NCBI GenBank assembly: GCA_963845535.1
Contig: CAWJSK010000001.1
Coordinates: forward strand, 160,001-224,000
Reading direction: 5' to 3'
DNA from: an uncultured Spirochaetota bacterium
GTDB lineage: Bacteria > Spirochaetota > Spirochaetia > SZUA-6 > Fen-1364
Length of the DNA stretch: 64,000 bases
Below, one piece after another: positions 39,194 through 48,400 of this stretch. Made by a program: the position numbers and the translations under genes. The notes under the pieces were generated by a model that made no database searches, was not told the origin of the DNA, and saw nothing but the letters and a program-made list of their open reading frames with translations. Each line of letters begins with the position of its first letter. Position 1 is the first letter of the stretch.

Positions 39194-39488
39194 CGAGCGC
39201 CCTTTCTACGATTTCCCGGTTGACCTGGAAGTGGTTCCAGACCTTCGATGGCTTTCCGTTTGATAGCAGGATGAGCTGCGGAGATTCGTGCGTCACCTGG
39301 TAGGTGTCCGCAATCCAGTTGGAGATCTCCCGCTGCTCGCGGACGTTCACCCAGTAGATGGGGAGGTTCGTCTGGAGGGCTTCGACCTCCTTGGACGCCC
39401 TGGCGGACACACCGCAGGCCGTGGAATGCTTGAAGACAAGGCATTCCGCGGGCAGGGATTTTTCATTCAGCGGGATGATCGTGCTCAC
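39177..39488 (-). CDS. ytxJ: Monothiol bacilliredoxin YtxJ/BrxC family
   Basis: VFKHSTACGVS, REISNWIA...V.HESPQ, VWNH. Confidence 0.85.
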   Translation of the reverse strand: MSTIIPLNEKSLPAECLVFKHSTACGVSARASKEVEALQTNLPIYWVNVREQREISNWIADTYQVTHESPQLILLSNGKPSKVWNHFQVNREIVERALVSPAP

Positions 39489-39536
39489 ATGCTCTCCGAT
39501 GGGAGGGAGGATACCTGCGGAATCCCCACGGCGTCA

Positions 39537-39587
39537 AGCTGAGCCGCATGAGCTGAGCCGCATGAGCCGCAAGCCGCACGGCTCAGC
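39537..39587. repeat. Short tandem/inverted repeat cluster (AGCTGAGCCGCATG x2, AGCCGCA x2, inverted CGGCTCAGC)
   Basis: Read directly from the sequence between ytxJ and the dinB-family gene. Confidence 0.75.
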
Positions 39588-40059
39588 CGTTGGCGGCAAA
39601 AGAAGCCTTCTGGCGGATGGCGCCCAGGTGGTAGGCCGCGTGCGCCAGCGCCCCCACGGCCCCGGCCATGGCTTCCTCACTTTCCATCGCATAGATCTCG
39701 ACCGCCCGGCGGATGTCCTTGTAGGCGGCGCGGAGGCGTTCTTTCGTTCGTTCCCAGGATGCGGCGTCCACGGCGCTCACGCTCCAGCTCTCATCCCATT
39801 TGCGCGTGGTACGGTTCCCTTCGATCCATCGCGCCGAGGCAAGGAGACCGAATATCACGTGGTTCACGTGGGCGGCAATGCTCGTCCTGCCCAAGATTCG
39901 GGAAGCCTCCTCTGCATCGAGCTTCTCCAGCGTGCCGAACATCCCGCCGTCGCTCCCCGTGTCGGTGAAATAGCTCCAGGTTTCCCGAGGGCCTTCGAAA
40001 GCCTCGGAGAGCACTCCCAACACCTGCTCCACCATTTCCCGCATCCCGATGACCGCCAT
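39583..40059 (-). CDS. DinB/YfiT superfamily protein
   Basis: SIAAHVNH, WDESW, AHAAYHLGAIRQ; GGAGG RBS before ATG 40059. Confidence 0.85.
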   Translation of the reverse strand: MAVIGMREMVEQVLGVLSEAFEGPRETWSYFTDTGSDGGMFGTLEKLDAEEASRILGRTSIAAHVNHVIFGLLASARWIEGNRTTRKWDESWSVSAVDAASWERTKERLRAAYKDIRRAVEIYAMESEEAMAGAVGALAHAAYHLGAIRQKASFAANG

Positions 40060-40161
40060 ACGACCAGCCTCCTGTGCCGCTAAGAATGTATGCATGGACG
40101 GCACATGCGTCCAATTCGTTTGACTTTTCGCTGCGCCCCACGTATCATGCCGGTCAGGAGT

Positions 40162-40338
40162 ATGAGGCAAGTAACGATTCGACTGGACCTGCGCGTCTCC
40201 GAGGAAATGAACGAGTTCCTCCAGAACGAGGCGCACTCCCGCAAGCTGAGCTTCGAGGGTCTCCTTCTCATGTTGATAGAAGAGCAGATGAAAAGAGTCA
40301 AACAGGAGAGCCAGAGGATCAGTCCCCCGAAACCGTAA
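40162..40338 (+). CDS. Small ribbon-helix-helix-like protein (58 aa)
   Basis: AGGAG RBS; alternating strand RLDLRV followed by helices SEEMNEFLQNEA and SFEGLLLMLIEE. Confidence 0.6.
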   Translation: MRQVTIRLDLRVSEEMNEFLQNEAHSRKLSFEGLLLMLIEEQMKRVKQESQRISPPKP

Positions 40339-40376
40339 GCGCATTTTTTTCCCGCCGCCCGAAGGAAGGACCTTTC

Positions 40377-41018
40377 ATGAAGCTCATGGAGATGTCGCTG
40401 GAAAAGTTCCTGAGCGAGCTGGGCTCCGCTTCCCCCGCGCCCGGGGGAGGCAGCGTTGCCGCACTGGCGGGAGCGCTTGCCGCCGCGCTCTGCAGGATGG
40501 TATCCGCGTTGACCGCGGGGAAGGAAAAGTACAGGGATTCCTGGGCGGACATGGAAAGAGTCGGCAGGGAGTCCGCCGTCCTCGAAGGGCGACTTCGCGT
40601 GCTCGTGGATGAGGACACTCAGGCTTTCCGCGCGGTCATGGAGGCTCGGAGGCTTCCCAAAGGCACGGACCGGGAGCGCCAGGTCAGGGAACAGGCTCTG
40701 GACAACGCCTCCCTCACGTCGGCGAACGTCCCCCTCTCCACTCTTGAAGCGCTGCGCGAGCTTTCAGCTCTCGCCTTGTGCGCGGCGGACAGAGGCAACC
40801 CCCGCTGTGTGACCGACGCTGGCTCGGCCTCGCAGATGATCCGCGCCGGTGCCCTGAGCGCGGCGTACAACGTCCGCGTCAACCTCCCGTCCGTGAGGAA
40901 TCCGGTTGCCCGGGAGGAGCTTCAGGCCAGGACCGCAAAGGTCCTCCAGGAGGTGATTGATGAGACCCAGAGGACGGAAAACATCGTCGAAGCCCGGCTC
41001 GAGCTCCTCCAAGCCTGA
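40377..41018 (+). CDS. Formiminotetrahydrofolate cyclodeaminase / methenyl-THF cyclohydrolase (FTCD_C family)
   Basis: SASPAPGGGSVAA, LVDEDTQAF, GNP..VTDAG, NVRVNL. Confidence 0.9.
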   Translation: MKLMEMSLEKFLSELGSASPAPGGGSVAALAGALAAALCRMVSALTAGKEKYRDSWADMERVGRESAVLEGRLRVLVDEDTQAFRAVMEARRLPKGTDRERQVREQALDNASLTSANVPLSTLEALRELSALALCAADRGNPRCVTDAGSASQMIRAGALSAAYNVRVNLPSVRNPVAREELQARTAKVLQEVIDETQRTENIVEARLELLQA

Positions 41019-41028
41019 CGGGGGCCCC

Positions 41029-42558
41029 GTGCGCACCATCGTGATTGGCAAAGAGACTTTTGGGATCGAAGCGCTCGTTGCGATTGCTCGAGACGGGGCG
41101 CGGGTGGAGCTTGCGGACTCCGCGCGCGCCGACGTCATGCGCGCGCGGGCGCTTGTCGAGAAATGGGTCCGCGAAGGCAGGGCAGTGTATGGCGTGACCA
41201 CGGGGTTCGGCGCGCTGTGCGAAGTGGCAATCGAGGAAAGCCAGACGCGCGCGCTGCAGGAAAACATCATCATGAGCCATGCTGCCGGCGTCGGGAGCCC
41301 TTTCCCGGCGGAGGCCGTTCGGGCCGCGCTGGCGGTGAGGGTCCAGGACCTTTCCCAGGGGCACGCCGGTATCAAGCTGGAAACGCTCCAGGCCTTGATT
41401 GACCTGCTCAATTCCGGCGTATGCCCCGTGGTGCCGGAAAAGGGCTCGGTGGGCGCAAGCGGGGATCTTGCGCCAATGGCTCACCTTGCGCTCGTCCTCA
41501 TCGGCCGGGGTGATGCGTTCTACCGGGGGGCCCGCATGGCTGGCGGGGAGGCGCTCCGCGCCGCAGGGCTTGTCCCGGTGCGCCTTGACGCCGGCGAGGG
41601 GCTTGCCCTCATCAACGGCACGCAGTTCATGGCAGGGATCGGCGCGCTTGCCGTGAACGACGCCGAACGGCTCGCCACGACGGCGGATATTGCATGCTCC
41701 ATGAGCCTCGAGGTCCTCATGGGCACCAACGTGGAGTTCGATCCGCGCATCCATAACGCCCGGCCTCATCCGGGGCAGGGCGCGGCGGCGGACAACATGT
41801 ATCGCATCACGCAGGACAGCGCAATCATGTCCTCCCACAAGGACTGCCACAGGATCCAGGACGCCTATACGCTGCGCTGCTCCCCGCAGGTGCATGGGGC
41901 AAGCCGTGACGCTGTCCACCACGTGAAGGGCGTCTTCGAGACCGAGCTTGGCTCGTGCACCACCAACCCGCTGATCTTCCCCGAGACGGGAGACTTCCTG
42001 CTGGGCGGGAACTTCCACGGTCAGCCCCTCGCGCTGGCCGCGGATTACCTCTGCATGGCCGCCGCCGAGCTTGCAAGCATTTCCGAGCGCCGCATCGAAA
42101 GGCTGGTCAACCCGCAGCTGAGCGGGCTGCCTGCCTTCCTCGTGAACGATTCCGGACTGAACTCGGGTTTCATGATCGCGCAGTACACCGCCGCGGCGCT
42201 CGTGTCGGAGAACAAGGTGCTGTCCCACCCCGCGTGCGTGGACTCCATCCCGACCTCGGCGAACAAAGAGGACCACGTCAGCATGGGGACCATTTCCGTG
42301 CGCAAGTGCCGCTCGGTCATCATCAACGCGGAGAACGTGATTGCCATCGAGCTGCTCTGCGCGTGCCAGGCGCTGGATCTCCTCACGAAAGGCAAGCCCG
42401 GCAAGGGCACGGAAGCCGCCTACCGCACAATCCGCGAGCGCGTTCCCCGGCTGGACCATGACCGTGTTCTTTCGAAGGACATCGAGGCCATGGTCGATTT
42501 GCTGCATGAGGGCGGGATCATCCGGGCGGTGGAAGCTGCGGTGGGCGCCCTCAGGTAA
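41029..42558 (+). CDS. hutH: Histidine ammonia-lyase
   Basis: YGVTTGFG, SH specificity pair (IMSHAAG), MIO-forming GASGDL, QDAYTLRCSPQVHG, GGNFHGQP, EDHVSMG. Confidence 0.95.
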   Translation: MRTIVIGKETFGIEALVAIARDGARVELADSARADVMRARALVEKWVREGRAVYGVTTGFGALCEVAIEESQTRALQENIIMSHAAGVGSPFPAEAVRAALAVRVQDLSQGHAGIKLETLQALIDLLNSGVCPVVPEKGSVGASGDLAPMAHLALVLIGRGDAFYRGARMAGGEALRAAGLVPVRLDAGEGLALINGTQFMAGIGALAVNDAERLATTADIACSMSLEVLMGTNVEFDPRIHNARPHPGQGAAADNMYRITQDSAIMSSHKDCHRIQDAYTLRCSPQVHGASRDAVHHVKGVFETELGSCTTNPLIFPETGDFLLGGNFHGQPLALAADYLCMAAAELASISERRIERLVNPQLSGLPAFLVNDSGLNSGFMIAQYTAAALVSENKVLSHPACVDSIPTSANKEDHVSMGTISVRKCRSVIINAENVIAIELLCACQALDLLTKGKPGKGTEAAYRTIRERVPRLDHDRVLSKDIEAMVDLLHEGGIIRAVEAAVGALR

Positions 42559-42562
42559 GGTA

Positions 42563-42622
42563 CACCTATAAAAAACGCCAATGTTGTCCAAAAACTTGCA
42601 CTTCTCGCGATTCTTATAGGTG
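42563..42622. repeat. Dispersed hairpin repeat, copy 2 (60 bp, 14/16 terminal inverted repeats)
   Basis: CACCTATAAAAAACGC ... GCGATTCTTATAGGTG flank the 25-bp core shared with 15367..15391. Confidence 0.85.
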
Positions 42623-42694
42623 CGCAGGTCAGGCTCAGCGCAGCGGTTCAGGCGCGTCGGGGCTCAGGCAGGCCACCCGGGGCCCTCTGGCGCC

Positions 42695-45600
42695 TCAGGC
42701 AGGATCCGCGGGCTCTGCGTCCTCGTCAGCCACGAAACGGAGGTACTCCGCGTGCACCCTCTCGCGCCGGCGTGACAACTTTGCCACGAGCTGCTCGGCC
42801 GTGGCTCCAGTTCCCAACATCAGGCGCGCGAGCGCTCGAAGCTGCCCCGGGTCGCTGGGCAGGCTGTGGGTCTGGCGATCCTCGTAGATTTGCAGGAAAT
42901 GCTCCACGCGGCGTAGAAAAAGGTAGTCGGAGGAAAGCTGCTCTGCCGTCTCCCGGGGCAGCACCCCGGCAGCGGCCAGGGCGCGAAGGGCGGGAAGCGT
43001 TCCGCCCTGCAGAAGCTCAGGCTTCTCCCGCGCGTGGACGAGCTGAAGCCCCTGGGCCAGAAACTCCACGTCCCGCAGGCCGCCGAGGCCCGTCTTGATG
43101 TCGGTGGTGGTCAGGATGCTGCGGGAGAGGGCCCGAAGCGCCTCCCGCCGCAGCCGGTTGATGGAGGCCGTGATCTCTGCCGGGGCGTGGACGGAGAGGA
43201 GCACCTCCCGCGCCATGCGGAGGAACTCCTCTCCGAGCGCCGCGTCTCCTGCAACCGGCCGTGCCTTGAGCAGGGCCTGCACTTCCCAGAGCTCCGCGTT
43301 GCGGCCGTAGTAATCGCGAAGCTGCTCCAGGGAGAACACGAGCTGCCCTGAGCTGCCGTAGGGCCGGAGCCTCAAGTCCACGCGATAGGCGTACCCCCCG
43401 CTGGTGTGGGAGGACAGGTGCGCGCGTACCGCCTCCATGAGGAGGGTGGCGCGCTCGACGTCCGTCTCCCCCGAGGCGCACAGGCCGAGCAGGTCGATGT
43501 CCGAGCTGTAGTTCAGCTCACGACCTCCGAGCTTCCCGAAGGCAATGACGCAGAACGCGGGCGCTGCGCGTCCCCCGGTCCGGGCTTCGACCTCCTGGCG
43601 CGCGCGGTCCAGCGCGGACCCCGTGACGGCGTCAGCCAGGTCGGACAATTCTTCCATGATCCGTTGCGTCGGCGCTCCCAGGCAGATGTCGCGGGCGCCG
43701 ACGCGAAGGATCTCCCGCCGTCGGTAGCGCCGCAGGGCATCCATCCAGGCGCCCCGGTCCGCGTTCTCTGCCGAGATGTCCGCGAGCTCCCTGCGAATCT
43801 CCGCGGCGGCGCGCGGCGCGTTCAGCACGTCCCCGCGGCCAATGTACTCCAGGAGATCGGGTTCCTTGACCAGCGTGTCGGCGAGGAACTGGCTGGCGGA
43901 GAATATCGAAAGAAGGATTTCCAGCCGCATGGGCTGGGAGAGCATCTGGCGGAGGTGGGCGGCGGGATCAGGAAGGGCGCGCAGCAATCTCTCCCAGTTG
44001 TTGAGCGCCATATCCGGGTCAGGCTTCTGCGCAAGGACGTCCGTGGCCAGGGTGGCAAGCCGCGCAAAAAGGGGCCTTCGATCCGCTTCCCCCGCGATCT
44101 GGCGGATGTTGAGCACGGCCCGGGCCGGGTTCGCGAAGCCCCTGTCTGCCAACGCGGCCAGCGCCAGCTCTTCGGGAACGGCGTCGGAAAGAACGATGTC
44201 CGCCACCGTGACCCTCGGTGTCCCCGGGAGCGTTTCCCGCCCGAAGTATTTCTCCACGAACGCTCGCACCTCGGCGCTGTGGGTCTCGAAATCCAGGTGA
44301 AGCTTCCGCGCCGGGCTGAGCTCCGCCTCCGGGGAATAGCCCATGCGGCGCGCGAGGTGGTTGTACTCGTCGTCCTCGAGGCGGGGGAGAAAAAGGTCCT
44401 GCGCGGAGCCGCGCAGCATCCGAAGGCCGTTGATCAGGTGGCGGAAGAAGCGGTACGCGGAGACCAGTTCCTGTGCGGTAGCCCCGTCCACCACGCCAAT
44501 GGAGGCCAGGGCGTCCAGCGCTTCGTGGATCCGCGGCGTACGCAGCCTTGGTTCCGCGGCTCCGTGGGTGACCTGGAGGATCTGGACGGCATATTCGAGG
44601 TCCACGAGCGCCCCCGGACTGAACTTCGCGTTGAGCCTGCCTGGCTGGACCTTGTCCTGGGCCTGCTTCAACCGGATTTCGCGCAGCTCGGAAAGGTCTA
44701 TGCTGCGGGCCACGTAGATCATTTCATCCCGAAGCCGCTCCACCCGGCGGCCCAGCTCCTTGTCTCCGCCAACGGCGCGCAGGCGCACGAGGGAAAGCCG
44801 TTCCAGGGAGTGGGACCCCGCGCCGGGCACGTAGTACGTGCAGAAGCTCTCCAGGCTGCAGGCGAGCGGCCCCGCGGCGCCAAAAGGCCGCAGGCGAAGA
44901 TCGATATGGAAGATCCCTTCGCGTTTCGCGTGCACCATGTGAAGCACTGCCCGCACCAGGCTGTCGAAGAACTCTGCGTTGCCGATGACATCGGGGCCTT
45001 CGGTTGACCCGTTATCGCTGTACACGAAGAGAAGCTCGATGTCGGAAGCGTATCCCAGGGCCACGCCGCCGAGCTTCCCCAGCCCCATGATGGCGAGCTT
45101 CACCGGAAGACCGGCTACGGTGCGCGGCTCCCCAAACCGGGCGGCAAGCTGGCGCCACGTGAAGGCGGCGGCGGCATCGATCACCACCTCGGCAAGCGTG
45201 GTGAGCCGCCGGCTCAGCGTGAGGAAATCGGAGATGAAAGATTCCTCGGCCGCCTGCGCCCTGCGCTGCGGAGCGAGGATGTGGTCAAGATCGTAGAGGT
45301 AGATCTCCCTGTCCTTGAACGCGTTCAGCCTGCGGGCAAACTCCTCGGGGTCGGTTGCGCCCCCGAGGGCAATCTCGAGCCTTTCCGGCAGGAGCTCGAT
45401 GGGCTCGACGAGATTCCTTCCGGGCGCGCCCGGCCCGAGCAACGGGATCAGCTCTTCGTACTGCAGCCGAACGAAATCCTCCCACAGAAAAGCGCTGGCC
45501 CCGAGAAGCTGCGCGAGCTCCTGCAGGACCGTCTGGCTGGAGAGCAGCTCCACCCATCGCGCGTGCCCGGGGGCGGCGACGATGTCTTTCACGAGCTGCT

Positions 45601-46471
45601 CGAAGCGCAGGAGCGCCGCAAGCGGGTCCGAGGCGCTCCCGAGGAACGAGGTGAACTGCTTCGTCAGGAGGACGGAGAGCTTGATGTTGTCCAGCCGGAC
45701 GGAGTCAGAAATCGGATTCCCCGCTCCGTCCACGAACTCGAACTCGTCCTCGATCCTCCCTGCCTGCGTCCGGATGGTGACATGCTCAATGGATACCTCC
45801 TGCAGGGACAGGGCCGTTGAGAACGTGTAGAGGAAGAACGGCGTGTCCTGCGTTTTCACGTGCATCCGCGTCCGGGACGCCGACGGGTCCATCTCGATGC
45901 GCACGGGAGAGAGGACACCCCCTGTCTTCAGTCTCAGCTCCGCCAGCTTTCCCGCGGCCATCTCATTCACGATCTGACGGGCGCGCGCCGCTGCATCCCC
46001 CCCGTGCTCCAGCGCGCGGAAGACCTCCCCGAGAGTCGCGAAGAGCTTCTCCCGCCACCCCTCGTCGTCGGCGCCGGCTGCCTCCGTGCCGGCGAACTCG
46101 TCAATGATGCGACGCCTGCGCAGGAACAGGTCCCGCGGCGTCCGGGAGTCCGGCGGGGCCCAGGTGAAGATGTCCCCGCTTCTGATGTCGAAGCCCAGCG
46201 CGGAGAGCACGCCCGAGATGAGGGAAAAGGCGCCCTGGTGGTCGAAGGCAAGCACCGTGTACGCGGGCGTGCCCCGCGCGGCGGTCCCCGCAATGACCTG
46301 GACGGGGTGCCCGCTCCCCAGGACGGCAAGGCCTTCCAGATGAGCGGCTATCTCGTCTTCGCAGAAGCGCTCGAAGTAGCGTTCGTCGAGCCTCCGCATG
46401 TGCTCATCCACGAGCCGCGGGTTCAGCCCCGGGAGCCGGTCCTTGATGCGCTCGACGAGAGAGGGCGGCAT
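42695..46471 (-). CDS. glnE: Glutamine synthetase adenylyltransferase/adenylyl-removing enzyme with N-terminal ACT domains
   Basis: Two nucleotidyltransferase motifs (GKLGGVALGYASDIE, GKLGGRELNYSSDID), DLRLRP twice, K...GGLRDVEF; close to glnA. Confidence 0.9.
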   Translation of the reverse strand: MPPSLVERIKDRLPGLNPRLVDEHMRRLDERYFERFCEDEIAAHLEGLAVLGSGHPVQVIAGTAARGTPAYTVLAFDHQGAFSLISGVLSALGFDIRSGDIFTWAPPDSRTPRDLFLRRRRIIDEFAGTEAAGADDEGWREKLFATLGEVFRALEHGGDAAARARQIVNEMAAGKLAELRLKTGGVLSPVRIEMDPSASRTRMHVKTQDTPFFLYTFSTALSLQEVSIEHVTIRTQAGRIEDEFEFVDGAGNPISDSVRLDNIKLSVLLTKQFTSFLGSASDPLAALLRFEQLVKDIVAAPGHARWVELLSSQTVLQELAQLLGASAFLWEDFVRLQYEELIPLLGPGAPGRNLVEPIELLPERLEIALGGATDPEEFARRLNAFKDREIYLYDLDHILAPQRRAQAAEESFISDFLTLSRRLTTLAEVVIDAAAAFTWRQLAARFGEPRTVAGLPVKLAIMGLGKLGGVALGYASDIELLFVYSDNGSTEGPDVIGNAEFFDSLVRAVLHMVHAKREGIFHIDLRLRPFGAAGPLACSLESFCTYYVPGAGSHSLERLSLVRLRAVGGDKELGRRVERLRDEMIYVARSIDLSELREIRLKQAQDKVQPGRLNAKFSPGALVDLEYAVQILQVTHGAAEPRLRTPRIHEALDALASIGVVDGATAQELVSAYRFFRHLINGLRMLRGSAQDLFLPRLEDDEYNHLARRMGYSPEAELSPARKLHLDFETHSAEVRAFVEKYFGRETLPGTPRVTVADIVLSDAVPEELALAALADRGFANPARAVLNIRQIAGEADRRPLFARLATLATDVLAQKPDPDMALNNWERLLRALPDPAAHLRQMLSQPMRLEILLSIFSASQFLADTLVKEPDLLEYIGRGDVLNAPRAAAEIRRELADISAENADRGAWMDALRRYRRREILRVGARDICLGAPTQRIMEELSDLADAVTGSALDRARQEVEARTGGRAAPAFCVIAFGKLGGRELNYSSDIDLLGLCASGETDVERATLLMEAVRAHLSSHTSGGYAYRVDLRLRPYGSSGQLVFSLEQLRDYYGRNAELWEVQALLKARPVAGDAALGEEFLRMAREVLLSVHAPAEITASINRLRREALRALSRSILTTTDIKTGLGGLRDVEFLAQGLQLVHAREKPELLQGGTLPALRALAAAGVLPRETAEQLSSDYLFLRRVEHFLQIYEDRQTHSLPSDPGQLRALARLMLGTGATAEQLVAKLSRRRERVHAEYLRFVADEDAEPADPA

Positions 46472-46773
46472 CAGCGGCCGTTCAGCGCGCGTATGACGCG
46501 TTCAAGCTCGGCCAACGGCACGAGATCACTGAAGCCGCCAAAGGCGCCATCTCCGGCGATGGCGGCTGCCGCCCGGATGAATCCCGTCCAGGCCGCGCGC
46601 GCGAGCGCCGACCCCACACTGATTCGCCGGGCCCCGAGCTCAGCGAGGTCTGAAACGGTGAGGCCCATGTCCGAGCTCAAGCAGCCGGACTGATGGAGCA
46701 TGCGAAATGCTTTTCGTCGCTCAGCGGCCCCCCGGGGCGTGCCGGGAGCAGGGTTGGCTTCCGATGTATCCAT
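46471..46773 (-). pseudogene. Internally deleted isocitrate lyase/PEP mutase family gene (still in frame, 100 aa)
   Basis: Family-like N-terminus RRKAFRMLHQSGC is joined almost directly to the family C-terminus LTVSDLAELGARRISVGSALARAA. Confidence 0.65.
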
Positions 46774-46830
46774 GATCGAACCGTAGGGGAACGCGCGGAT
46801 TCTTTCAAGCTCACGTCAAAAAGGCGCCCT

Positions 46831-46862
46831 AAAAAAAGGCGCCCCCTGCGCTGACAGGGGGC
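46831..46862 (-). terminator. Rho-independent terminator of glnA
   Basis: 8-bp stem GCCCCCTG/CAGGGGGC with a 6-nt loop, followed on the minus strand by a 7-T tract. Confidence 0.85.
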
Positions 46863-46898
46863 GGTGTGGATGGGACTTGGAAACTTGAGGAGGGCTTT

Positions 46899-48323
46899 TT
46901 ATATGTCGAAGTACAGCATGAACTCCCAGGGATGCGGACGAAGGTCGAGAGCCAGGACCTCGTTCTTCATCTTGTAGTCGATCCAGGTCTCGATCACGTC
47001 CGGCGTGAACACATCGCCTTTCAACAGGTACTGGTGATCGTCCTGGAGCGCCTTGAGGACTTCCCGCAGAGAGCCCGGGGTCTGAGGCACCTTGGAGGCT
47101 TCCTCGGGAGGAAGGTCATAGATGTCCTTGTCCAGGGGCTGTCCCGGGTCGATCTTGTTCTGGATCCCGTCGATGGCCGCCATCAACATGGCGGAGAACG
47201 TCAGGTACGGGTTGCTGCTCGGATCCGGGCAGCGGAACTCAAGCCTCTTGGCCTTGGGGGAAGGCGAATACATGGGGATGCGGATGGCCGCGCTCCTGTT
47301 GCGCCGTGAATACGCCAAGTTGACAGGCGCCTCGAACCCCGGCACGAGCCTCTTGAAGCTGTTGGTGGTGGGGGTGGCGAAGGCAAGGATGGACGGAGCG
47401 TGCTTGAGAAGGCCGCCAATGGCGTGCAGCGCCATCTGCGAAAGCCCTGCGTACTTGTCGCCCGCGAACAGGTTCTTCTCACCGTTCCAGAGGGAGAAGT
47501 GGACGTGCATGCCGCTCCCGTTGTCGCCAAAGAGGGGCTTGGGCATGAACGTGGCCACCTTGTTGAACTTCTTTGCCGTGTTCTTGATCACGTATTTGTA
47601 TTTCAGAAGGTTGTCCGCCATGGTCACGAGGTTGTTGAAGCGCATGTCGATCTCGCACTGGCCGCCGGTGGCCACTTCGTGATGCTGCGCTTCGATGGGC
47701 ACATCGATGGATTCCAGAGTCAACATCATCTCGCTTCTGATATCCTGCAGCGTGTCGGCGGGCGGAACGGGAAAATATCCTTCCTTGTACCGGATCTTGT
47801 ACCCGAGGTTCGGGTCCTCTTTGCGGCCTGTGTTCCATCGACCTTCGGAAGAATCGATATGGTAGTAGCCCTCATGCTCGTTCTGGTCGTAACGGATGTC
47901 GTCAAAGATGAAGAACTCGGCCTCGGGCCCGAAGTAGGGAATCTCGGCAAGGCCGGTCCCTTTGACAAAAGCCTCAGCCTTGCGGGCGATGTTGCGCGGG
48001 TCCCTGCTGTAGTCCTCCCCAGTCAACGGGTCCGCGATGTTGCAGATTACCACGAGCGTCTTGGCGGTGAGGAACGGATCGACGAAAGCGGTCTCCGCGA
48101 CCGGCTTTACGAGCATGTCCGATTCGTTGATTGCCTGCCAGCCCCTGATGCTGGATCCGTCGAAACCGAGCCCCTTCTCAAACGCGTCCAGGCTGAGCTC
48201 CCGCGCGGGAACGGAGAAGTGCTGCCAGATGCCGGGGAAATCCATGAACCTCAGGTCCACGACCTGCACTTTCTCCTTCTCCATGAATGCGACGATCTCT
48301 TTCGGTGTCTTGCCGATGCTCAT
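46899..48323 (-). CDS. glnA: Type I glutamine synthetase (adenylylatable GSI-beta)
   Basis: [46 protein letters not shown], adenylylation loop DKDIYDL; AAGGAGG RBS. Confidence 0.97.
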   Translation of the reverse strand: MSIGKTPKEIVAFMEKEKVQVVDLRFMDFPGIWQHFSVPARELSLDAFEKGLGFDGSSIRGWQAINESDMLVKPVAETAFVDPFLTAKTLVVICNIADPLTGEDYSRDPRNIARKAEAFVKGTGLAEIPYFGPEAEFFIFDDIRYDQNEHEGYYHIDSSEGRWNTGRKEDPNLGYKIRYKEGYFPVPPADTLQDIRSEMMLTLESIDVPIEAQHHEVATGGQCEIDMRFNNLVTMADNLLKYKYVIKNTAKKFNKVATFMPKPLFGDNGSGMHVHFSLWNGEKNLFAGDKYAGLSQMALHAIGGLLKHAPSILAFATPTTNSFKRLVPGFEAPVNLAYSRRNRSAAIRIPMYSPSPKAKRLEFRCPDPSSNPYLTFSAMLMAAIDGIQNKIDPGQPLDKDIYDLPPEEASKVPQTPGSLREVLKALQDDHQYLLKGDVFTPDVIETWIDYKMKNEVLALDLRPHPWEFMLYFDI

Positions 48324-48384
48324 CTTGAATGCCTCCTTACCATAATGCCCCTCCCAATGGGAAACACGTTCCCGTCCGCGAAAC

Positions 48385-48400
48385 TGCAAACGCCGTGCCA
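48385..48400 (-). promoter_or_regulatory. Sigma54 (-24/-12) promoter of glnA
   Basis: The minus strand reads TGGCAC-GGCGT-TTGCA, matching TGGCAC-N5-TTGCW, about 60 nt upstream of the glnA start. Confidence 0.85.

Noticed and set aside
42563..42622. Integron attC site or CRISPR repeat
   Set aside because: It lacks RYYYAAC/GTTRRRY ends, has only two copies 27 kb apart, and there are no spacers, cas genes or integrase in the window.
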